This document shows, piece after piece, positions 9,747-18,325 of a stretch of DNA of 20,000 bases. The position numbers were made by a program, and so were the translations under genes. Source of the DNA: an uncultured virus (IMG/VR IMGVR_UViG_3300022555_000044) (Duplodnaviria > Heunggongvirae > Uroviricota > Caudoviricetes); IMG/VR virus record IMGVR_UViG_3300022555_000044; one strand, 5' to 3'. The notes below the pieces were generated by a model. It was not told the origin of the DNA and made no database searches. It was given only the letters and a program-made list of their open reading frames with translations. How positions within the stretch are numbered: position 1 is the first letter of the stretch; each line of letters opens with the position of its first letter.

Positions 9747-10453
9747 TTAAGTTGTGTGGTTGCGGCTGCGGTCTTCCCGTTGATAATCCGTTATCTAATT
9801 TTAAAAGATGGCATAGAAAAAAAGGTATATCTACAAGAAAAGGGTGTGTTAATTCTGAAGAAACAAGACAGAAAATATCTGCTGCAAATAAAGGAAGAAA
9901 ACGTCCAGATATGATTGGAAAAATACCTTGGAATAAAGGTATTCCTCATTCATTAGAATATTTGAAAAAAATGAAATTACATCATCGAGGAATGAAAGAT
10001 AAAACACATTCAACAGAATCTAGACAAAAAATGTCATTGAGTCATATTGGACATAAATTATCAGATGATATCAAAAGAAAACTTAGAGAAGCAATGATTC
10101 GATATATTGAAAAAACAAAAAATGTTAAATTTTCTCCTAATGTTGGAAGATATGAACAAGATTTACTCGAACAATTAGAAATTGTTTCTGGTTTTAAAAT
10201 TGAAAAACGATGTCTGGGTGGTTATTTTCCAGATGGTTATATTAAAGAATTAAATTTGATTATAGAATTAGATGAAGCTGCGCATGATAATATTTCTATG
10301 ATAGAGCAACACCAAAAAAGACAACAATATTTAATGGATACATTTAATTGTAAATTTTTTAGAGTAAAAGAAAAAGAATGGATACAAAATTCGAGAGATG
10401 TAATTTTAAAATTTATGATATTTATCAACAGTATAGAAAGTATATCAAAATGA
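9743..10453 (+). CDS. Free-standing putative homing endonuclease with NUMOD3-like repeats and a Vsr/DUF559-like nuclease domain
   Basis: N-terminal LCGCGCG, then SEETRQKISAANKG, PWNKG, HSTESRQKMSLSHIG, and C-terminal YFPDGYIKELNLIIELDEAAH...FFRVKEKEW. Confidence 0.75.
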   Translation: MIKLCGCGCGLPVDNPLSNFKRWHRKKGISTRKGCVNSEETRQKISAANKGRKRPDMIGKIPWNKGIPHSLEYLKKMKLHHRGMKDKTHSTESRQKMSLSHIGHKLSDDIKRKLREAMIRYIEKTKNVKFSPNVGRYEQDLLEQLEIVSGFKIEKRCLGGYFPDGYIKELNLIIELDEAAHDNISMIEQHQKRQQYLMDTFNCKFFRVKEKEWIQNSRDVILKFMIFINSIESISK

Positions 10454-10728
10454 AAGAAATTCCACTAACAATAGAAACGATACAGATTAAAGATGATGTT
10501 AAAAAACTTAAACCTGGTTGGAAATCATGGTATTGTGAAAAATGTGGTGATGGATTTATTTATAGAGGTAAACGACCAAAACATAAAAATTGTAAGGGGA
10601 AGTTTGATTTTGTAAATATAATGTCACCAGAAGGTGAAGAAGAATTAATTATATGTATGTCGGATGAGATTATCAAAGAAATGGTAAAAGAAACAAACAG
10701 AATCATAGTAGATGGAGTAACAGAATAA
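10450..10728 (+). CDS. Small hypothetical protein with a putative Zn-ribbon
   Basis: WYCEKCG...HKNC. Start placed at the ATGA overlap at 10450. Confidence 0.55.
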   Translation: MKEIPLTIETIQIKDDVKKLKPGWKSWYCEKCGDGFIYRGKRPKHKNCKGKFDFVNIMSPEGEEELIICMSDEIIKEMVKETNRIIVDGVTE

Positions 10729-11339
10729 TGAAAGTTGAATTACTTGCTATCACACCAAATGCTGAAGAACTAATCGAAATCGCTGCTAGAGAATGTTATC
10801 AGAGTGAACCCAAGGGTAATGTGGGTGATTTGATTAGTAAACTTCTTAAACAAGATCCTCCGCACGAATCAGTTCTCGAACATGCATATGTAACTTTTAG
10901 ATTTAGTGAAGTTTCTAGAGCATTTTCTCATCAATTAGTGAGACATCGTTTATGTTCATTTTCTCAACAAAGTCAAAGATATGTAAAAGAATCACAATTT
11001 GATTTTGTTATTCCACCATCTATTAATGAATTAACTCATAAGGAAGGAATAGATCATAATGGTGAATTTATAAATGATATGTCGGTTATTCAGCAAATGT
11101 ATAATAAATGGAAGGCACTTGGTTTGAAGAATGAAGATGCTCGATTTGTTCTTCCTAATGCCTGCTATACCAGTATTATAATGTCTGGAAATTTTAGACA
11201 GATTCGTCATGTTATTACTATGAGAGCTGATAAACATGCACAATGGGAAATTAGAAATGCAATTCTAGAAGTACTCCAGATCATGTATAATAATGCACCC
11301 CACACATTTGAAGATTTGAAGTTGAAATTTATTGGTTAA
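10728..11339 (+). CDS. thyX: Flavin-dependent thymidylate synthase
   Basis: HESVLEH, SRAFSHQLVRHR..SFSQQSQRYV (ThyX RHRx7S motif), EDARFVLP and AQWEIR. Confidence 0.96.
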   Translation: MKVELLAITPNAEELIEIAARECYQSEPKGNVGDLISKLLKQDPPHESVLEHAYVTFRFSEVSRAFSHQLVRHRLCSFSQQSQRYVKESQFDFVIPPSINELTHKEGIDHNGEFINDMSVIQQMYNKWKALGLKNEDARFVLPNACYTSIIMSGNFRQIRHVITMRADKHAQWEIRNAILEVLQIMYNNAPHTFEDLKLKFIG

Positions 11340-11349
11340 TTAACTAAAC

Positions 11350-11409
11350 TGGTGGTTTCATTCCTCAACATTATTTAGAACAAAATAAAAACAAGGAGTG
11401 AAATCACTA
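11350..11409 (+). promoter_or_regulatory. Predicted RNA hairpin sequestering the RBS and first start-codon base of the neck protein gene
   Basis: TGGTGGTTTCATTCCT (11350-11365) pairs with AGGAGTGAAATCACTA (11394-11409), giving 16 bp with three G-U pairs and a 28-nt AT-rich loop. Confidence 0.7.
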
Positions 11410-12119
11410 TGTTAAACTGGAGCTTTATCGTACAACGTATAAAAGAAGAGATGAGTTTACCTTTTCAAATGTTAGAGAAGAGTGATACTCAAATTGTAGA
11501 CTATCTACGTCGTAATGCTCTTAGAAAATTTGAACAATACTATCCACAAAAGTGGAGAATGACTTTAAATTGTACTTTAGATGAAATTAAAGTTCCCAAT
11601 AGAACATCTGAATTTTACATGATAGATCCGGATGAAAGAGATATTAGAACTGTAACTGGATTTGTTCCTACTATGGGACCATATCTTTTTAATAATCATC
11701 CTTGGATAGGTCCATGGACAACAGGAGAAGTTGAAGGTTGGGCATTGGGGGTTTATAATTCTGGTTTGTTACAACCATTTTCTAATTTCGCTTATACAAC
11801 AGAATTTATTCCACCTAATATGATTAGAGTTTCTCCAATTTTTTCAGGTGTTTGTGTTATTGAATATGAGAGAACACACGATCCCGAGTTATCAAGTATT
11901 AATCCAGAATTGGAAGATGTATTTGTAGATCTTTGTATGGGTATGTTCTTTATGATGATTGGTAGACTTCGTCAAAAATATAATACAACATCTACTCCTT
12001 TTGGTGAGATTCCTCTTAATGGTGATGCTATTTATAATGATGGTAAAGATATCTTTGATAGAACTATTGAATCAATGAAGATGGGTAGTTTACCAAATGT
12101 AGCTTTTGATCATGGTTAA
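11409..12119 (+). CDS. Neck / head-tail adaptor protein (T4 gp13-like)
   Basis: N-terminal RIKEEMSLP...LE.SD.QI.DYL...AL..F..Y and C-terminal IGRLRQKY....PFG.I.LNGD.IY.DG...G follow the gp13 pattern. Confidence 0.65.
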   Translation: MLNWSFIVQRIKEEMSLPFQMLEKSDTQIVDYLRRNALRKFEQYYPQKWRMTLNCTLDEIKVPNRTSEFYMIDPDERDIRTVTGFVPTMGPYLFNNHPWIGPWTTGEVEGWALGVYNSGLLQPFSNFAYTTEFIPPNMIRVSPIFSGVCVIEYERTHDPELSSINPELEDVFVDLCMGMFFMMIGRLRQKYNTTSTPFGEIPLNGDAIYNDGKDIFDRTIESMKMGSLPNVAFDHG

Positions 12120-12137
12120 GTAATTTAAGGAAGATAT

Positions 12138-12641
12138 ATGAAACATAGTGGTTATAAAATTTTATGTGAACTTCTTATAGATGGTCCACAACCCAATACT
12201 GATATGCTAATTGTGAAACCATCACTTTATGCTTATCTACAAAATGAGAAAATTAAAGACGCAATGGTAAATGGAATTTCTGCACCGAATGGACAACTTA
12301 AAGTATTCTTCACTAGAATTCCTGAACATTCAGAACAATACCAGGATTTCATTTCACAAAATTCTCCTATCAAAATAATGCTTTCTAAGATTAAAAGACT
12401 TAAAGATCAGATGGTGACAATTAATCCGGTAAATGTAGATGGTTATGATAAATCATTAACCGAAGATGATGTTAAAGAAATATGTGGTAATGGAAAATAT
12501 TTCGCTACTAAATTTTCACAGGGTGTTGGATTAGATGATATGCCACACGCAGTCATTACAACTCAGAGTGGAATAATTCCCGCATTTTGTCTAAAAGCTT
12601 TTACTCCAGAAAAAAGATTAATTTCGGATGATATTTTATGA
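12138..12641 (+). CDS. Hypothetical protein (167 aa)
   Basis: ORF with AAGGA RBS and an ATGA overlap with the next gene. Confidence 0.7.
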   Translation: MKHSGYKILCELLIDGPQPNTDMLIVKPSLYAYLQNEKIKDAMVNGISAPNGQLKVFFTRIPEHSEQYQDFISQNSPIKIMLSKIKRLKDQMVTINPVNVDGYDKSLTEDDVKEICGNGKYFATKFSQGVGLDDMPHAVITTQSGIIPAFCLKAFTPEKRLISDDIL

Positions 12642-13393
12642 AATATTTAGGATTGGATCCTGCTACAACTTCTGGTTGGTCTTTTTTTGAAAATGATAGA
12701 CTTTTAGAAAAAGGTTCAATTATTATTCCTGGTGCAATGGAATTACCTCAAAAACTTCATTTTTTTCATTTAGAATTAAAAAATTTATTTACTAGATTGC
12801 AACCAGAAAGAATTTTTATTGAAGATGTGATCCTTGGAATTTCTGGTGCAAGAACACTAGCATTCTTAGCAAGACTTAATGGTGTTGCACTTAATACTGC
12901 TTTTGAAATTGTACAAGAAAGAGTAAAAGTATATGACCCTACATATTGGAAGAGTCATTCATTTGAAGGTCTTAGTGGAATGGCCAAGAAGTGGCAAATT
13001 CAAATTTCAGTAATCAAACATTATAATTTACCTGTTACTGGTAATTTTTCTGTACTCGATAAAGTATTAGCTGAGAAAAATGAACTCGAAGAAAATCTTA
13101 GAAGTGAATGGGTTATTCTGAAAAAACGAGAAATTACTATCAAATCTCAAATGGCAAGAAAAAGAGATCCCGTGGGACAAGATGAAAAAATATATCTTGA
13201 TAAAGAATTAAAATCTACTATTGCTTCTGTTGCAAATATTAAACGAATTTTAAAAGAAAAAGAGAAAGAATATGATAAAAAGTTTACAAAGTTATCTATG
13301 GATCTTACTGCACAAACTGGCATGTCTGATAACATTTGTGACTCATGTGGTATAGCATATTGTGGATATAAGGAATTCACAGATGGCAACTAA
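12638..13393 (+). CDS. ruvC: RuvC-like Holliday junction resolvase with a coiled-coil insertion
   Basis: LGLDP.TTSGW, IFIED, L.RLNGV, P.YWK, A.K and terminal DNICDS.GIA give the RuvC D-E-D-D tetrad. Confidence 0.75.
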   Translation: MKYLGLDPATTSGWSFFENDRLLEKGSIIIPGAMELPQKLHFFHLELKNLFTRLQPERIFIEDVILGISGARTLAFLARLNGVALNTAFEIVQERVKVYDPTYWKSHSFEGLSGMAKKWQIQISVIKHYNLPVTGNFSVLDKVLAEKNELEENLRSEWVILKKREITIKSQMARKRDPVGQDEKIYLDKELKSTIASVANIKRILKEKEKEYDKKFTKLSMDLTAQTGMSDNICDSCGIAYCGYKEFTDGN

Positions 13394-13820
13394 AACTCTT
13401 TTTTCTATACAGGAACATTTTCAAAAAGCTAAACGAGCATCGCATTATGATTTACGAGTTTTAGATCCAGAAAAAAGAGTTTTGTGGTCGTGGGCATTTC
13501 CGAAAAGAAGATTTCCAGAATATGGTGAAAAAGTATTAGCTATTAGAACACCGAATCACCCATTACACTATATGTATTTTCAAGGTAAATTACATAATGG
13601 TGATATGGTATCATTACACGATAAAGGAGAATGTTATATAATTACATATAAGTATAATTTGGTAATTTTATACTTTAAGGGTAACAAAATTAATGGTACG
13701 TATAATTTTATCAGATCTTTTTCTTCTAAGAATTCATGGTTTGTCACAAAATCTAGGAAAGAAACTTTTAATGAATCTAAGAAGCCGAGAAACAGTAATA
13801 CACGAAAATCTAAAGCATAA
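13383..13820 (+). CDS. Stand-alone LigD-type DNA 3'-phosphoesterase (PE domain)
   Basis: IQEH.....SHYDLR, SWAFPK, LAIRT.NHPLHYM.F.G and V...DKG. AAGGA RBS precedes ATG 13383. Confidence 0.85.
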   Translation: MATKTLFSIQEHFQKAKRASHYDLRVLDPEKRVLWSWAFPKRRFPEYGEKVLAIRTPNHPLHYMYFQGKLHNGDMVSLHDKGECYIITYKYNLVILYFKGNKINGTYNFIRSFSSKNSWFVTKSRKETFNESKKPRNSNTRKSKA

Positions 13821-14124
13821 GCAAGATTCAGTAGAGTTACATGAAAAAGTATTTAATCTACTATTTGAGCTGGATCAAAAAATGAATACTATAATTGATA
13901 TAATCCAAAAAACACAATATCAAAAAATAGATATTATACAAGAATTGACTGGTGATAAACAGAAAAAAATTCCAGAAAAGATTATCGATTCTGTACCGAT
14001 GTTTATTCCCTCACTTGATTCAAATACTTTAAAGGGAAATGTTCAGGAACTAAAGAAAAAAATTAGGAAGTCAAATATAGATGATTCGATAGACAAATTG
14101 TCTAAACTTCAAGATAATCCATAA
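13771..14124 (+). CDS. Hypothetical protein, coiled-coil rich
   Basis: ORF fills the gap after the PE gene. The start is uncertain; ATG 13771 shortens the overlap. Confidence 0.55.
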   Translation: MNLRSRETVIHENLKHKQDSVELHEKVFNLLFELDQKMNTIIDIIQKTQYQKIDIIQELTGDKQKKIPEKIIDSVPMFIPSLDSNTLKGNVQELKKKIRKSNIDDSIDKLSKLQDNP

Positions 14125-14228
14125 TAAATGGTTCTTTTTTATTTATCTCGAAAAATATTGGATGTTGTGTTGATAATCTAGAATAAATAAATATATGGAG
14201 AAGAGTTGAATCCATAGGAGAATCATAA

Positions 14229-14717
14229 ATGGACGAAAAAAACGTTGTAATCAAAATTAATCAAATATCTACTGGTTTTATTGAAGTTCCAAATCAAGTA
14301 TCTATGAATATTTATGTTCAGGGTTGCAATAAAAGTTGTTCTGGATGTCAGAATGTTGATCTGCAAACATTTCATGGTGGTTATCCATTATATCTAGATG
14401 TGGTTGATTCTTTATTATTTAATTTTTCTTTATGTAAATGGATTTGCTGGTTGGGTGGAGATGCTGTATATCAACCAGAATCTTTAAATAGATTTAATAA
14501 AGAATTTAAACGTCGAAATTTAAAAGTGTGTTTATATACCGGAAAATTATTTACAGAATTAAGTGGGAGTATATTAGAAAATCTTGATTTAGTAATAGAT
14601 GGTGAATGGATGGGAATTCCTGTAACAGAAAAGAATTCTAATCAAACAGTATGGATTAGAGATAATGATTTGGGTTGGAGTGTTATTTCGTGGAATGACT
14701 TAAAAAAGATTTTATAA
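14229..14717 (+). CDS. nrdG: Anaerobic ribonucleotide reductase activase (radical SAM)
   Basis: QGCNKSCSGCQN (CxxxCxxC), WLGGD, LYTG, DLVIDG and SNQ; adjacent to nrdD. Confidence 0.88.
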   Translation: MDEKNVVIKINQISTGFIEVPNQVSMNIYVQGCNKSCSGCQNVDLQTFHGGYPLYLDVVDSLLFNFSLCKWICWLGGDAVYQPESLNRFNKEFKRRNLKVCLYTGKLFTELSGSILENLDLVIDGEWMGIPVTEKNSNQTVWIRDNDLGWSVISWNDLKKIL

Positions 14718-14732
14718 CAAAGGAGAAAGAAC

Positions 14733-16619
14733 ATGCTTATTAGACAGTCTTTTGATGACCGGTTCGTTGTTAAGATGAATGAGATTCGTGAGAGTTATGG
14801 AAGTGAAATGTTTGACATAGATGGAATCGGCGCATCTCATCTAGATATTAATCAATTTGCTAAACGATTTTTTAATACAAAAGTTGTTGCTAATGTATCT
14901 ATGGATGGCAATGCTAATGTTGATGATGATAGCGTATTGAGTTTTGAGTATGAATTTAATAAAGCTTTACAGAAACTGAATGGGTATTATCTTCTGTGGA
15001 AGAAGTTGATGGATAAACATGGAATCAAGAGAGCTAATAAATTACTCGAATTGATGATCAATGGTTCGTTAAAAGTTCATGATCATCATATGTTACTTAA
15101 ACCATATTGTTATGCTTTTAGTTTAGAACCGATGGTTCAAATGGGTCTTCCATTTATTAAGAAGATTAAGATTGGACCACCTAAACATTTCTCTAGTTTT
15201 GTAAATCTTGTTGTTCAAGCAACAGCTTTCTTTAGTAATCAATTAGCTGGCGCTTCGGCATTTCCTGATTTGTTTGTTTATATGGATTGGTATGCTCGTA
15301 AAGATTTGGGTGATAATTATTTGGATGATCCTGCTAAGATTGAACTGATTAAGCAAGATATTCAATCACTTATTTATTCTTGGAATTATCCTTTTAGAGG
15401 CAGTCAGTCTGCATTTGTAAATGTGAATCTTTATGATAAATATTTCTTAGAAGATCTATTCAAGTTTACTCTTTATCCTGATGGATCAAGACCTAATATG
15501 GAATCTATTCAGAAATTACAAGAATTCTATATGCGTTGGTTTATTGAGGAATCAAAGAAGCAGGCATTTACATTCCCAATTAATACTGCAACGTTTTATA
15601 AAGATGATAAGGGTGATTTACCTGATAGTAATTTCTTAAATCTTATATCTGAATTAAATTGTATTAATGGTCAGTTTAATATCTTTACTGGGCCATTGGG
15701 TGTTCTTTCTAGTTGTTGCCGTCTACGAAATGATACGAATGAAATAACCTATACCAATAGTTTTGGTGCTGGTGGTACTCAGATTGGATCTCATAGAGTT
15801 GTTACTCTGAATCTTCCAAGAATTGCTTATATGAGTGAAGATAATGTTGAGTATATGAAATTACTTGATTATAACACTAGAGCTGCACAAGATATTCTTG
15901 ACGTGCACCGAATTATCATTCAAGAAAATATTATGAATAATAAACTTCCATTATATACTCATAAGTTCATGAATCTTAATAAGCAATTTTCAACAATTGG
16001 TTTTATTGGAATTAATGAAGCATGTGAGTTAATGGGGTGTAATATTCTAGAAGAAGAAGGTTCTCTATTTGCTAGATCGATTCTAGATAAGGTTAATCAG
16101 TTAAATAAAGCTCGTACTAAAGAAGATGGGTTTATTAGAAATATTGAGCAGATTCCTGGCGAATCTGCTGCTGTACATTTGGCAAAAAAAGATAAACTTT
16201 TATTTAGTGATCATGATTATAAAATGTATGCGAATCAATATATTCCGTTGTGGAAAAATGTTGATATTCAACAGAGAATTAAAGCTCAAGGAATGTTTGA
16301 TTCTGAGTGTGGTGGTGGTGCGATTTGCCATTTGAATGTTAATGATAGTCTTACTAAAGATCAAATGAAAATTTTGATTACTGGTGCTGCAAAACAGGGA
16401 GTGATTTACTTTGCTGTTAATATTGCCCAGTGTCGTTGTACTAACTGTCATAAACTATTTATTGGTAAGTTTGAAAAAAGTCCTTGTCATGACGCACCAG
16501 TAATTCATTATCTTCGAGTAGTTGGTTTCTTAACTCCTGTAGAGAATTGGATTCCAGAAAGAAGAGAGGAATATAAGTTGCGTCAATTTTATGGAAATAA
16601 GGATTTTAAGAATGAATAA
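14733..16619 (+). CDS. nrdD: Class III anaerobic ribonucleoside-triphosphate reductase without an ATP-cone
   Basis: PYC, FTFPINT, SSCCRL finger loop, TLNLPRIA, TIGFIGINE, EQIPGES, Zn-site CTNC...SPC, and glycyl-radical loop RVVGFL. Confidence 0.95.
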   Translation: MLIRQSFDDRFVVKMNEIRESYGSEMFDIDGIGASHLDINQFAKRFFNTKVVANVSMDGNANVDDDSVLSFEYEFNKALQKLNGYYLLWKKLMDKHGIKRANKLLELMINGSLKVHDHHMLLKPYCYAFSLEPMVQMGLPFIKKIKIGPPKHFSSFVNLVVQATAFFSNQLAGASAFPDLFVYMDWYARKDLGDNYLDDPAKIELIKQDIQSLIYSWNYPFRGSQSAFVNVNLYDKYFLEDLFKFTLYPDGSRPNMESIQKLQEFYMRWFIEESKKQAFTFPINTATFYKDDKGDLPDSNFLNLISELNCINGQFNIFTGPLGVLSSCCRLRNDTNEITYTNSFGAGGTQIGSHRVVTLNLPRIAYMSEDNVEYMKLLDYNTRAAQDILDVHRIIIQENIMNNKLPLYTHKFMNLNKQFSTIGFIGINEACELMGCNILEEEGSLFARSILDKVNQLNKARTKEDGFIRNIEQIPGESAAVHLAKKDKLLFSDHDYKMYANQYIPLWKNVDIQQRIKAQGMFDSECGGGAICHLNVNDSLTKDQMKILITGAAKQGVIYFAVNIAQCRCTNCHKLFIGKFEKSPCHDAPVIHYLRVVGFLTPVENWIPERREEYKLRQFYGNKDFKNE

Positions 16620-16650
16620 ATTATAAATAATTTATTTTTGGAGACTTAAA

Positions 16651-17232
16651 ATGCACATAGATGCCTATCAACAAATCTCAAATCTCTTATTAGAGAAAGA
16701 ATATACTTCAGCTAGACAAAAAAGAACCAGGAATGTATTACTGAAATATAGAAATAGATTTGTTGATAGGTTAGAACCGGATATAAAAATAGCTCATGCT
16801 GGTCATAGAACCGGACTTCTTATTCGTATGATGAATTTATATAAGAAGTATAATGGTAATATTCCAGTACATGAAAAAATACGACTAGAACGAGATTTTA
16901 AACTTAAATCGAGTGAAATTCCAAATCCTAATCAATCATATGAATCTGCTAAAAATGGTTACTCTAGATGGTCTAGATATGCTAATGAGGCACAGAAAGA
17001 AGCTGAAGAAGCTTATCGTCGTTCCAGAACACAATATACTGCTGATAATATTAAACGAGCAAAGTATTATGCTGATCAAGCAAAAAAAGCTAGAAGAATG
17101 AGAATTATTTATTATTCTCTCATAATAGGATTGACAATGTGGGCAGAAGTTTCAGCTAAGAAACGAGAAGAAAAAGCACGGAAAGCCAGACAACGAGCCA
17201 GACATCGTGCAAAAGAACAGAAAAAGAAATAA
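16651..17232 (+). CDS. Basic hypothetical protein with one predicted transmembrane segment
   Basis: GGAG RBS. Arg/Lys-rich with a hydrophobic IIYYSLIIGLTMWA stretch and a basic tail. Confidence 0.7.
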   Translation: MHIDAYQQISNLLLEKEYTSARQKRTRNVLLKYRNRFVDRLEPDIKIAHAGHRTGLLIRMMNLYKKYNGNIPVHEKIRLERDFKLKSSEIPNPNQSYESAKNGYSRWSRYANEAQKEAEEAYRRSRTQYTADNIKRAKYYADQAKKARRMRIIYYSLIIGLTMWAEVSAKKREEKARKARQRARHRAKEQKKK

Positions 17233-17265
17233 TTTTGATTACTATCTATATAAAAGGAGATTAAT

Positions 17266-18324
17266 GTGACTACTGAAAAATCTAAAAAAGAAGTTATTGA
17301 TTTAACAGCTCCCACCGGAACAAAAATTATTGGTGTGGATTGTGGTACGATGAATTTGGTACTATCTGAACAAAAAGGTGATAAAGCTGAATTTTCAACT
17401 ATTCGTAATATGTATCTCCCACTTGAAAAAGATCAAGTAACAATGGCAGAATTATCAAATATTGACTTTGTAGAATCTGATGAACATGTATTTATTATTG
17501 GAAATGATGCTTTTAATTTTGCAAATATCTTTGGTAAAACTGTTAAACGACCAATGAGTAAGGGTCTGATTTCTCCTAATGAAGTTGATAGTTTAGATGT
17601 ACTTGCATTGATTGTTGAGAAATTAGTTGGTAAAGTATCTAGTGGTAAATGTATTTATTGTATTCCTGCTCCATCTATTGATACTACTAATAATATTATA
17701 TATCATGAAGGAATCTTTAAACGAATTTTTACTAACCTTGGATATCAAGCTGAATCAATGAATGAAGCTATGGCTGTTATTTATAGTCAGTGCCAAGATG
17801 AACAATTTACCGGATTAGCATTTAGTTTTGGTGCTGGTATGGTAAATGTTTGTTTAGCTTATAAATCAGTTCCTGTTATTTCATTCAGTGTAGCTAGAGC
17901 TGGTGACTGGATCGATGAACAAGCTGCTATGGCACTTGGTACTGTATCTAATAGAATTACTAAGATTAAAGAAACCGATATGAACCTACTTGATTTTTCT
18001 ATCGGTGGAAAAAAAGAGAAAAGAATTAGAGAAGCTATTGTTTATTATTATAGAGAAATGATTAGATACTCATTAGATCAGATCAAAAATAAATTAATTG
18101 AATCAACAGGAAATTTAGATTTGCCCGACACTATCTCTGTTGTTGTTAGCGGTGGAACTTCTATGGCAACTGGTTTCTTGGAACTGTTTAAGCAAGTAGT
18201 AACTGAATATAAAGATTCATTTCCAATTCAAATCAAAGATGTTAAATCTGCAGATGACCCAATGACAGCTGTTGCAGAAGGTCTATTAATCAAAGCTATG
18301 TCCAAATATAGAAAGGAATCATAA
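17266..18324 (+). CDS. Actin-fold ATPase, volactin/MreB-like
   Basis: GVDCGTMN (phosphate 1), NEAMAVIY (connect), SFGAGMVNV (phosphate 2), GDWID, VSGGTS (adenosine) and P.TAVAEG. GTG start behind AAGGAG. Confidence 0.85.
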   Translation: MTTEKSKKEVIDLTAPTGTKIIGVDCGTMNLVLSEQKGDKAEFSTIRNMYLPLEKDQVTMAELSNIDFVESDEHVFIIGNDAFNFANIFGKTVKRPMSKGLISPNEVDSLDVLALIVEKLVGKVSSGKCIYCIPAPSIDTTNNIIYHEGIFKRIFTNLGYQAESMNEAMAVIYSQCQDEQFTGLAFSFGAGMVNVCLAYKSVPVISFSVARAGDWIDEQAAMALGTVSNRITKIKETDMNLLDFSIGGKKEKRIREAIVYYYREMIRYSLDQIKNKLIESTGNLDLPDTISVVVSGGTSMATGFLELFKQVVTEYKDSFPIQIKDVKSADDPMTAVAEGLLIKAMSKYRKES

Positions 18325-18325
18325 A

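Noticed and set aside
14122..14150. Possible terminator after the 13771 ORF
   Set aside because: Only A/T pairing around a T-tract, with no stable GC stem.
17264..17269. ATG-TGA start-stop overlapping the GTG start of the actin gene
   Set aside because: It could tune translation, but a single 6-nt occurrence is not supportable evidence.
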